Source of the DNA: Bacteroidota bacterium
Lineage (GTDB): Bacteria; Bacteroidota; Ignavibacteria; UBA10030; SZUA-254
Reading direction: 5' to 3'
NCBI GenBank assembly: GCA_035524335.1
Contig: DATKPE010000055.1
Location: 1,759 to 65,758, forward strand
Length of the DNA: 64,000 nucleotides
Position numbers and translations under genes: made by a program. Positions 56,740 to 64,000 of this stretch are shown one piece after another (within the stretch, counting starts at the first letter, position 1; each line of letters begins with the position of its first letter). The notes below the pieces were generated by a model. It searched no databases. It saw only the letters and a list, made by a program, of their open reading frames with translations, and was not told the DNA's origin.

Positions 56740-56762
56740 CCCGCGCACTCTGGTACATCGGT

Positions 56763-56806
56763 AAAACCGCTGAACCGGTCGTCCGGCCGGTCAGCGGTTT
56801 TTTTTA
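56763..56806 (+). terminator. rho-independent terminator after M13 peptidase gene
   Basis: 'aaaACCGCTGAaccggtcgtccggccggTCAGCGGTtttttttt'. 8-bp stem plus T8 tract. Confidence 0.8.
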
Positions 56807-56837
56807 TTCATGACCTTTCGCAGTCGTTTTTTCCCGA

Positions 56838-56866
56838 TTGTTTTTCTACCGTTCTTTTCGTACAAT
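56838..56866 (+). promoter_or_regulatory. sigma70-like promoter TTGTTT-N17-TACAAT upstream of kimA-like gene
   Basis: 'ttgtttttctaccgttcttttcgtacaat' lies 46 nt before the ATG at 56912. Confidence 0.35.
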
Positions 56867-56911
56867 ACTTCCTGATTTTTAACTGAAATGTTCCAATTCG
56901 AGTGAATTTTC

Positions 56912-59005
56912 ATGGATCAGGATGGTGGAACCGGTGATCATCACACCACCAAAGCAGTGCCGCCCGACGGAACGACCCCCGAAAAAACAAGAGACGAAAA
57001 CCGCATTGACTCCCTGACGTCGCGGCTGAAACGCATCCTCCTCGGGGCGCCGCGGAATATCTCCGATCCGACAGTCTTTCACAAGATTTCCCTGATCGCA
57101 TTTCTCGCCTGGGTGGGTCTCGGCGCCGACGGCCTGTCGTCCTCCGCTTACGGTCCGGACGAGTCGTTCCGGGCGCTCGGCCAGCACACGTATCTCGCAA
57201 TCGGGCTCGCCCTGGCGACTGCGCTCACCGTTTTCATCATTTCCTATGCGTATTCCCGGATCATCGAACACTTCCCGTTCGGCGGCGGCGGATACGTCGT
57301 GGCGAGCAAACTGCTCGGGCCGAAGTACGGCGTTGTCTCAGGATCCGCCCTTCTAGTCGACTATGTGCTCACGATCAGCGTCTCCATCGCCAGCGGCGCA
57401 GATCAGATCTTCAGCTTCCTTCCCCAGGGAGCCAGTCACTATAAAATGATCGTCGTCGTCACCGCGATCATCATCCTCACGATTCTGAACATGCGGGGGG
57501 TAAAGGAATCGGTTACCATTCTCATGCCGATCTTTGTGCTCTTCCTCGTCACGCATGCGGTGCTCATCGTCGGCGGTATCGCCTTTCATCTCTTCGAGGC
57601 GGGAAGGGTGACGACGGAGGTCCAGTCCGGTTTTCATTCCGGACTCGGTGCGCTCGGTGCGATGGGGATGTTCGCCATCTTCATCCGCGCGTATTCGATG
57701 GGCGCCGGCACCTACACCGGCATCGAAGCGGTCAGCAACGGCATCCAGATCATGCGCGAGCCGAAGGTGGCCACCGCCCGCCGGACCATGGCCTACATGG
57801 CGGTGTCGCTGGCGGTGACCGCCGGCGGAATTCTTCTCTGCTATCTGCTCTACCGGGTGGTTCCGACGCCGGGAAAGACGATGAACGCAGTTCTCCTCGA
57901 AAATTTTGCCGGAACGTGGGCCATCGGTTCACTGCCGGTCGGCGGATTATTCGTCATTGTGACGCTCATTGCCGAGGCGGCGCTTCTGTTCGTGGCGGCT
58001 CAGGCCGGGTTCATCGACGGCCCGAGGGTGATGTCAAACATGGCGATCGATTCCTGGCTTCCGCACCGGTTCAGCACGCTGTCGGACCGCCTTACCATGC
58101 AGAACGGCGTGATCCTCATCTCCCTCGCCGCGATCACAACACTGTTCCTCACCCACGGAGACACGAGTGCGCTCGTTTTGATGTATTCCATCAACGTTTT
58201 CCTCACCTTTTCCCTGTCGGAAATGGGCATGGTGCGGTACTGGATTCAGAACAGGAAAAAATATCCGGATTGGTCAAAACATATCGTCATCCACCTGATC
58301 GGTCTTGTGCTCTGTCTTTCGATTCTGATTGTCAGTCTCATGGAAAAGTTCACGCAGGGCGGATGGGTGACGCTGGTGATCACCTCGATTCTTGTCTATT
58401 TCTGTTATCTGATCAAACAGCATTACACCAGGGTCCGCAGGAATCTCAACCGTCTCGACGAGATCCTGAGCGACATTCCCCTGCCGGAGGGCGTCGCACC
58501 GCGCTCGATCGAAAAACGGTCGCCGACGGCGGTGCTGTTCGTGAATTCCTTCAGCGGTCTCGGCATTCATTCCTTCTTCAACATCCAGAAACAGTTTCCG
58601 AATCACTTCAAGAACATCATCTTCGTGTCGATCAACATCGTCGACGCAGGAACGCTGAAGGGGGCGGATGACGTGAACGTGGCGCTCCACGAAACCGAGG
58701 AATCGCTGAAGAAATATGCCGGCATGGCGGGCAAGCTGGGACTTGCGGCCGCCTACCGGATGGGCATGGGGACCGATGTCCTCGAGGAGGCGGAAAAGAT
58801 CACCGCGGCGCTCCATAAGGAATATCCGCAGGCCGTCTTCTTCACGAGCAAACTGGTCTTCCAGAAAGAGCGCTGGTACCAGCGCTTCCTCCACAACGAA
58901 ACGGCCAACCAGCTCCAGCGGAAGCTCCAGTTCGACGGGCTCAACATGATGGTCCTCCCGATCAGGGTTTTCGACAGCGGAACTGCCCAGGGCGGGGCTG
59001 GCTGA
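56912..59005 (+). CDS. kimA: KimA-family K+/H+ symporter (APC superfamily) with cytoplasmic C-terminal domain
   Basis: Block-wise match to B. subtilis KimA (YdaO): 'LKRILLGAP' vs 'IKRFLIGKP'; 'LGADGLSSSAYGPDE' vs 'LSSDALSSVAYGTEQ'; 'SGSALLVDYVLTISVSIASGADQI' vs 'GGSLLVDYILTVAVSISAGTDAI'; 'GIEAVSNGIQ' vs 'GVEAISNAIP'. The C-terminal cytosolic domain is also colinear. Confidence 0.7.
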   Translation: MDQDGGTGDHHTTKAVPPDGTTPEKTRDENRIDSLTSRLKRILLGAPRNISDPTVFHKISLIAFLAWVGLGADGLSSSAYGPDESFRALGQHTYLAIGLALATALTVFIISYAYSRIIEHFPFGGGGYVVASKLLGPKYGVVSGSALLVDYVLTISVSIASGADQIFSFLPQGASHYKMIVVVTAIIILTILNMRGVKESVTILMPIFVLFLVTHAVLIVGGIAFHLFEAGRVTTEVQSGFHSGLGALGAMGMFAIFIRAYSMGAGTYTGIEAVSNGIQIMREPKVATARRTMAYMAVSLAVTAGGILLCYLLYRVVPTPGKTMNAVLLENFAGTWAIGSLPVGGLFVIVTLIAEAALLFVAAQAGFIDGPRVMSNMAIDSWLPHRFSTLSDRLTMQNGVILISLAAITTLFLTHGDTSALVLMYSINVFLTFSLSEMGMVRYWIQNRKKYPDWSKHIVIHLIGLVLCLSILIVSLMEKFTQGGWVTLVITSILVYFCYLIKQHYTRVRRNLNRLDEILSDIPLPEGVAPRSIEKRSPTAVLFVNSFSGLGIHSFFNIQKQFPNHFKNIIFVSINIVDAGTLKGADDVNVALHETEESLKKYAGMAGKLGLAAAYRMGMGTDVLEEAEKITAALHKEYPQAVFFTSKLVFQKERWYQRFLHNETANQLQRKLQFDGLNMMVLPIRVFDSGTAQGGAG

Positions 59006-59255
59006 TCCCGGGTCTGTTTCCTCCTGATGAAGCTGTTTCCATGCGCTCAATCCGCTTCCCGACAATTGATTTCCCCGCGGATTTTTCGTACATTTATGAC
59101 CGCCGACGCCTCTCATCCCGTTTCCGCACAAATCTCACGGATTAAAGGATAAACAACCCGGATGCGGCAGAATTCAGCGCACCCCGGGGTGTAACGGAAA
59201 TGAAGGGGGTTCAGCGTCCCGGCCAGTCTGTTTCGAATTTGAAAAAGGATACTCC

Positions 59256-60047
59256 ATGGCAGATTCAGCAAAACATCTTTACATGATCGTGTTTCCGATC
59301 AACGCGCTTGTCTCCTCACAACTGAAACCGGAAGAGTTTGCACAGCACTATACGGTGGGAAGCGCAAAACATTTCCGCGGAAAGGTGATTTTTGCGGAGG
59401 TCGACATCAAATTCAGGAATCCCTATTTCGATATCGACCGGTATCTCGCGTTGACGGTTCCGCATCCCGACGGCCGGCCCAAAAAGACGAAGTTCATCTC
59501 CTCGTATGCCGTTCTCGAGCATGTCGACCTCTCGGTCCTGAAGAATCTCTACCTCGTGACGGCGAACGGGAAGTGCCTCGAGCTCTCCTCCGCACCGTAC
59601 GCGGCGGCGAACGAACCCGGCCTGGTCAGAATATACCAGGAAGTGACGCCGCTGACGAATCTTATTGCGTCGACGCTCGACCAGCGGTCGTTCGGCAAAT
59701 ATATCACCAGCGAAACCAAGTCGAAAGGGGCGCCGAAAATCTGCTTCACCCAGTATGAATTCAACGTTGCGGAATTTCTCGAGAAGAACAGGAACCGGGA
59801 AATGATGTATTCCCCGATTCCGGAAAACAATCCCGCACTGCTCTACGAATACCTCGTCGAACTGCAGACCAATCCGAACAAGAAGACAAAAACGCTCAGC
59901 CTCAACTCGACGCTCATCGAAGCGTCGTACGCCATGATCCGGCACGGATTCTGGTTCGCCTGCGGGCAGGAACTTCTCTTTTACCCGATGCCCTCGCGCG
60001 AGGATCTTTCGAACAAGCACTACGACTGGTGGCGGTTCGTTCACTGA
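59256..60047 (+). CDS. hypothetical protein (orphan, noticeably lower GC than surroundings)
   Basis: 263-aa ORF with clean frame, followed by a strong terminator. No recognisable motifs. Local GC appears about 10 points below flanks (estimate by eye). Confidence 0.5.
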   Translation: MADSAKHLYMIVFPINALVSSQLKPEEFAQHYTVGSAKHFRGKVIFAEVDIKFRNPYFDIDRYLALTVPHPDGRPKKTKFISSYAVLEHVDLSVLKNLYLVTANGKCLELSSAPYAAANEPGLVRIYQEVTPLTNLIASTLDQRSFGKYITSETKSKGAPKICFTQYEFNVAEFLEKNRNREMMYSPIPENNPALLYEYLVELQTNPNKKTKTLSLNSTLIEASYAMIRHGFWFACGQELLFYPMPSREDLSNKHYDWWRFVH

Positions 60048-60069
60048 GCCGTAACGCTCCGAATGACAA

Positions 60070-60097
60070 GGGCAGGTCGTGCGACCTGCCCTTTTTT
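60070..60097 (+). terminator. rho-independent terminator (GGGCAGGTC-gtgc-GACCTGCCC + T6)
   Basis: Perfect 9-bp stem and U-tract, 23 nt after the stop of the hypothetical gene. Lies between convergent genes. Confidence 0.8.
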
Positions 60098-60122
60098 ATT
60101 CTCCCCACCGTAACGGCCGGTT

Positions 60123-60872
60123 TCAGCGTTTCGCTTTTCCCTGATTGCTGACCGCCTGCATCGCCTGCTCGATCGACGCCTTATCGCCGAGGTACTCATG
60201 CTTCAGGGGCCGGAGATTGGCGTCGAGTTCATAGACCAGCGGTATCCCCGTCGGAATATTCAGCTCGGTGATCTCACTGTCCGGAATATCGTCGAGATAT
60301 TTCACCAGGGCGCGGAGGCTGTTCCCGTGCGCCGCGATGACGATGCGGTTGCCGGCGCGGATCGAGGGAACGATGGTCCCGTGCCAGTACGGGAGAAAAC
60401 GCGCGACCGTATCCTTCAGGCACTCCGCCATCGGGATCTCCCCCTTCTGCAGGGAGCGGTAGCGGGGATCGTTGGCGGCACTCCGCTCGTCGGCCGGATC
60501 CAGTTCGGGAGGCCGGACATCGTAACTGCGGCGCCAGATCTTGACCTGCGCCTCGCCGTATTTCTCCGCCATCTCCGATTTGTTCAGTCCCTGCAGTGCG
60601 CCGTAGTGCCGCTCGTTGAGCCGCCACGAGTTGAAGACGGGGATCCACATCTGATCCATCTCCTCCAGCGCAATCCAGAGGGTCCGGATGGCCCGCTTCA
60701 GGACCGAGGTGTAGGCGACATCGAACCGGTATCCCTCTTCACGGAGGAGTGTGCCGGCCCGGTGCGCTTCGCGTATTCCCTTTTCCGACAGATCGACGTC
60801 CGTCCATCCGGTGAATCTGTTTTCCATGTTCCAGACGCTTTCCCCATGCCGCAATAACACAACTTTATACAT
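60123..60872 (-). CDS. gpmA: 2,3-bisphosphoglycerate-dependent phosphoglycerate mutase
   Basis: '[32 protein letters not shown]' histidine-phosphatase signature. 250 aa from ATG 60872 (the track ORF extends 31 codons further upstream without support). Confidence 0.9.
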   Translation of the reverse strand: MYKVVLLRHGESVWNMENRFTGWTDVDLSEKGIREAHRAGTLLREEGYRFDVAYTSVLKRAIRTLWIALEEMDQMWIPVFNSWRLNERHYGALQGLNKSEMAEKYGEAQVKIWRRSYDVRPPELDPADERSAANDPRYRSLQKGEIPMAECLKDTVARFLPYWHGTIVPSIRAGNRIVIAAHGNSLRALVKYLDDIPDSEITELNIPTGIPLVYELDANLRPLKHEYLGDKASIEQAMQAVSNQGKAKR

Positions 60873-61195
60873 GATTGTCTCCTTGGATTTTCGTGTCATG
60901 CCACGTTCCGGCTGATCAGCAGAAGGTGGATGACTAAAATACAATTTTGTCGGCATGAATCGCAAATCGCGCGCGCGGCCGGCGGCCGATGGGAACCTGT
61001 TCCGTGAGGAGGGAAGCCGCGGAGTATCCGGGCGGTGTCTGTTACCACCGGCTGTCGGCCGGTGAAATCTGCGAAATCAGATATTGATTCTGTTGAAATC
61101 GTCCCGCACAGCGGCACGCAATGCGGTGCGCCGTTATTTTCACCAACCTGCCGGAAACCGTGCGGGAAGAATCCCCGGCGATCAGCAGGCCGCGG

Positions 61196-64000
61196 CTATT
61201 TCATCAGGGTGAGTTTTCTGGCCGCCGTGTATGATCCCGCGGTGATCCGATAAAAATAGACTCCGCCCGGTAGCGATGATCCATCGAAGATCACCGTTTT
61301 GACCCCCGCGTCTTCCATCCGATCGATCAGCCGTGCGACCTCCTGGCCCAGAACATTGTACACCCGCAGAACGACCCGGCCGGCCGACGGCAGTGCATAC
61401 CGGATCGTCGTCGACGGGTTGAACGGATTGGGGTAGTTCTGACCGAGTTCGTACCCTGTGGGTTTCTTTTCCGACCCCTCTCCGCGGTATGTCAGTTCGA
61501 TTTTTTCGGCTCCGCTGGCGAGTATGCAGTTTCCAGCCCGCCCGATCGACCGGACGGCGGAGTCGATCCGGATCTCCCAGCCGGAACCCGCGGGAGATGC
61601 AAGAGTCCAGCTCAGCGTCACCGGCGGACGAACGCCCTGCAGGCGGATTGCACATCCGGTGTCGCGGCGGGGGGAGAACAGACGAATTCCCGTATTGTCT
61701 TCAAAACGGACGTCCGGCGCCCCGTTGGGAGGGAGAGGCGGAAGCTCGAACGAGGTTCCTGCCCGCGCGTGCCCGGTCGATATGCCGAATCCGAGCAGGA
61801 GTTGTCGCCCCGTATTGTCGGTGAAGATGAGGTGATTGAACGGATCGCCGGCGGATTTGCGGACGGGCATTCCGGAAGGCGCTCCGGCGGCCGGACCGGT
61901 GACGACGATGCTTCCGGCCTGACGGGCTTTGATCCAGTATCCCGCGCCCGGGACGAGTATGGACGCGGGCTGGTAACCGTTCTGATAGCCGTAAAAACTT
62001 CCTGAGAGAAGACCGGAAGGGTACTGCAGAAGCGACGAGGAATCGACGGGTGCGGTGATGCCGCCGATCAGATTCCAGCCCTGCCGGAGCTGAATGCTGT
62101 CACGCAGGATGGCGGTACCATTGACCGGAATCGAATCCACTGTCTGGAACTGAAGCCAGAATCCGTCCCCCGGTGTGAGAGAATCGATGGTTTCGTAATT
62201 TCCGTTGAAGCTGAATGCCTGGGACACGGCTCCCGGAAAGAGGACGGACGTTGTATGGGAGGTCGTGACCACCGGAAGCGAGAGGAGGTTCCAGGCGGAA
62301 TCGGGGTGATAGGTGAAGGCGGCGGGGGGATAGGTCGGGTAGATCGCCATGCTGTCGATATACCATCCCTGTCCTGTGGCGCCGCTGAGCGAGACACAGC
62401 GGAAGCGGATCGTGACGGTGTCGTTTTTATAGGCGGACAGACTAAACGTTTCCGCCCGCCAGTCGGCGGAGTCTGCATGCCCGTCGCTCCAGGGTGCGTA
62501 CGAATTCCACGTCAGGGTTGCGAGCGTTTTGAAGCTCTTCCGGTGGTTGGTGCTGATTTCGACGAACGCATATTCGGATGCGGGGTTGATGATCGCGATA
62601 TCGTGGAACCGGAGCGTCATGTCGGTGGTGAGGATGACCGATGGCATGAGGATGATGTTGCTGACATTGTTCGGGGTATGGGCGTTCTGGTTGCTGGCAA
62701 GGGAATGCCGGCCGGTGAAGGCGATGAGGCTGGTGGAATCCCATGTTCCGGGACGGTAGGACCGCGGAACGCCCCCTTCAAAATCTTCGAAATAGGTTGT
62801 TGTGAGGCGTGAAAATGCCAGAATGGAGTCGGAGAGAACGCTTGTATGCACGGGAGATTCGGTATCCCTGGAGCAGATCATATACTCGTGATACCCCGGG
62901 AGGGAATCGACGTAACTGCGGGCCAGCCCCGAATCCGCCGAAGTCTGGAGAACACTGTCGGCAAGGGCGCCGTCGCGATAAATATAGATCGCTCCGAAAT
63001 CGTTCAGAGGAGTACCGTCGGCCTGGCGGGAGGGATTGATCCAGCGGAGCACGGCGCCGGAACTGCCGTCCGAGGCGGTGAACGACGACGGGGGAGCGGG
63101 GTACGCACTCCCTCCCGCAATGCATGAGTCAACCGCGGCGGTCCCGGAATCGCCCGGCACGACCGTCACGGACCGATAGATGTACTGCTGATGCATAACC
63201 AGTCCTGTATCGGTCCACGTCTGAACACCCGAGTCGGCTTCCGCGATGAAGACCGAATCGCGGTAGAGATGAATCCGGAAGTTGTGAATGGGAGATCCGT
63301 TGTTCGCCGCGGTGGGGTCGGTCCAGCGGAGAGTCGCCGAAGAGGGCGTCCGGTAATCACTGTAGGCGGTGAAATTCTTCGGGGGAAGAGGGTCGTCGAG
63401 ATGCAGATCGACGTAGATGGTTGCCGCCGCCGCCGGTCCTCCGTAGGCGCCCATGTCACAGCGGGTGGTTCCCTTGCTTGGCCAGAGCGCACTGCCCGGA
63501 TGAAGAGGATCCTCCGGGTCGTCGAACTGGACGGCCGGATCTCCCGCATCGACGCCGGGAGAGGTGGATTCGAGATAATGACTCGTGTCGCGGAAGACGG
63601 GTGCGGAATTGATGTTTCCGGTGCCGGCCCATCCTCCCTGCACATCGGAATACGTGACCGAGACCGCGGCCGAGGAAACGCTGATCTGCGGTTGTGTCGC
63701 CGCGGTGTTTCCCCAGATGATGTTGTTGTGAACGGATACCGAGGTGCTGGAGATCGAAAGGCCGCCGCCGTCGAGTGCGGAGCTGTTGCCGACGATGGTG
63801 TTGTTCTCGATGATTTTTTCGGATGGACCGTTGCTGTAGGCCCAAATCCCCGAACCGCCGTAATCCTCGCCTCCCGTGTTGTTGTAGATGACGTTGTTCC
63901 GGATGACGGCGCCGGTGTAGTTCAGCACGATTCCCCCGCCGTACCTTCCCCGGTTTCCCGTGATGTAGTTGTTCAGAATATGGGGTTCGCCGTCGCTCGA
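61196..64000 (-). CDS. T9SS-secreted right-handed beta-helix / FN3 / MAM-like multidomain protein, partial (N-terminus beyond window edge)
   Basis: Beta-helix repeats continue in frame to position 64000 ('...GNRGRYGGGIVLNYTGAVIRNNVIYNN...IIWGN'). The track's 'M' at 63928 is an internal GTG Val. FN3-like and MAM-like segments are present. Conserved pre-CTD modules at 61891-62296. C-terminal 'ELGQNYPNPFNPSTTIRYALPSAGRVVLRVYNVLGQEVARL...GVYFYRI' is a T9SS CTD. Confidence 0.8.
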   Translation of the reverse strand, partial: SSDGEPHILNNYITGNRGRYGGGIVLNYTGAVIRNNVIYNNTGGEDYGGSGIWAYSNGPSEKIIENNTIVGNSSALDGGGLSISSTSVSVHNNIIWGNTAATQPQISVSSAAVSVTYSDVQGGWAGTGNINSAPVFRDTSHYLESTSPGVDAGDPAVQFDDPEDPLHPGSALWPSKGTTRCDMGAYGGPAAAATIYVDLHLDDPLPPKNFTAYSDYRTPSSATLRWTDPTAANNGSPIHNFRIHLYRDSVFIAEADSGVQTWTDTGLVMHQQYIYRSVTVVPGDSGTAAVDSCIAGGSAYPAPPSSFTASDGSSGAVLRWINPSRQADGTPLNDFGAIYIYRDGALADSVLQTSADSGLARSYVDSLPGYHEYMICSRDTESPVHTSVLSDSILAFSRLTTTYFEDFEGGVPRSYRPGTWDSTSLIAFTGRHSLASNQNAHTPNNVSNIILMPSVILTTDMTLRFHDIAIINPASEYAFVEISTNHRKSFKTLATLTWNSYAPWSDGHADSADWRAETFSLSAYKNDTVTIRFRCVSLSGATGQGWYIDSMAIYPTYPPAAFTYHPDSAWNLLSLPVVTTSHTTSVLFPGAVSQAFSFNGNYETIDSLTPGDGFWLQFQTVDSIPVNGTAILRDSIQLRQGWNLIGGITAPVDSSSLLQYPSGLLSGSFYGYQNGYQPASILVPGAGYWIKARQAGSIVVTGPAAGAPSGMPVRKSAGDPFNHLIFTDNTGRQLLLGFGISTGHARAGTSFELPPLPPNGAPDVRFEDNTGIRLFSPRRDTGCAIRLQGVRPPVTLSWTLASPAGSGWEIRIDSAVRSIGRAGNCILASGAEKIELTYRGEGSEKKPTGYELGQNYPNPFNPSTTIRYALPSAGRVVLRVYNVLGQEVARLIDRMEDAGVKTVIFDGSSLPGGVYFYRITAGSYTAARKLTLMK

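Noticed and set aside
55480-56748. 422-aa minus-strand ORF opposite the M13 peptidase
   Set aside because: The HExxH zincin motif and signal peptide are in the + frame.
56740-56911. Possible c-di-AMP (ydaO) riboswitch in front of the kimA-like gene
   Set aside because: The leader after the terminator and promoter is only about 45 nt and AT-rich. It lacks the long GC-paired pseudo-symmetric helices of the ydaO class. Recorded as absent, pending an Rfam scan.
58274-60044. Minus-strand ORFs opposite kimA and the orphan gene
   Set aside because: The KimA block-wise homology is in the + frame. The antisense frames lack any motif.
1-64000. CRISPR arrays, rRNA/tRNA genes, transposases, integrases, prophage or defence-system genes
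   Set aside because: None recognised on reading all intergenic regions longer than 100 nt. No direct-repeat/spacer periodicity, no cloverleaf-like segments, no IS terminal inverted repeats. The tRNA absence is by eye only and should be confirmed with tRNAscan.

Overview
This is a roughly 64 kb high-GC window (about 60-65% GC by eye, not computed) from a chromosomal region of a bacterium with a type IX secretion system (T9SS). Three large secreted proteins end in the 'NYPNPFNPSTTI...' Por/T9SS C-terminal sorting domain, which points to the FCB group or a related candidate phylum. Several promoters nevertheless look like classic sigma70 TTGACT-N17-TAtAtT boxes. Nearly all genes are on the + strand. 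Only ychF, a DUF4032-like gene, gpmA and a partial T9SS beta-helix gene at the 3' edge are on the - strand.

Gene content, from start to end:
1. A 5-gene glycogen operon: ATP-grasp, a 1169-aa GH13 alpha-amylase-family protein, glgC, glgA and a PP2C phosphatase.
2. An ABC-2 exporter pair.
3. ychF.
4. A secreted GDE-type amylo-alpha-1,6-glucosidase with a glucodextranase-C tail.
5. A LiaF-like membrane protein.
6. Two BNR/sortilin-like secreted proteins.
7. A dihaem c-type cytochrome fused to a LolA-like domain.
8. A 2739-aa T9SS cargo protein with 9 novel 47-aa N-terminal repeats and 12 SdrD-B/CnaB-like repeats.
9. An OMF-MFP-RND efflux operon in C-B-A order.
10. A GH53 endo-beta-1,4-galactanase.
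11. A compact thiol/sulfur-stress mini-operon: DUF2892, TrxA, OsmC, rhodanese and DUF302.
12. A complete Kdp K+ uptake locus in a non-canonical order: kdpC, KdpF-like peptide, kdpF, kdpA, kdpB, porin, kdpD, kdpE.
13. A KimA-family K+ importer.
14. An M13 peptidase.
15. A lower-GC orphan gene.
16. gpmA.

I saw no rRNA, tRNA, CRISPR array, transposase or integrase.

The observations I rate highest are:
- A ~135-aa uncharacterised module ('WNLxSLP...GxGYW...AG...L') recurs in four different secreted proteins. Three copies sit just upstream of a T9SS sorting domain and one forms the C-terminus of the GH53 enzyme.
- The Kdp locus has a rearranged gene order, tandem KdpF-like peptides, an embedded porin, and iterated CTTTATCCCC boxes upstream.

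Many long antisense ORFs in the six-frame track are GC-driven artefacts.
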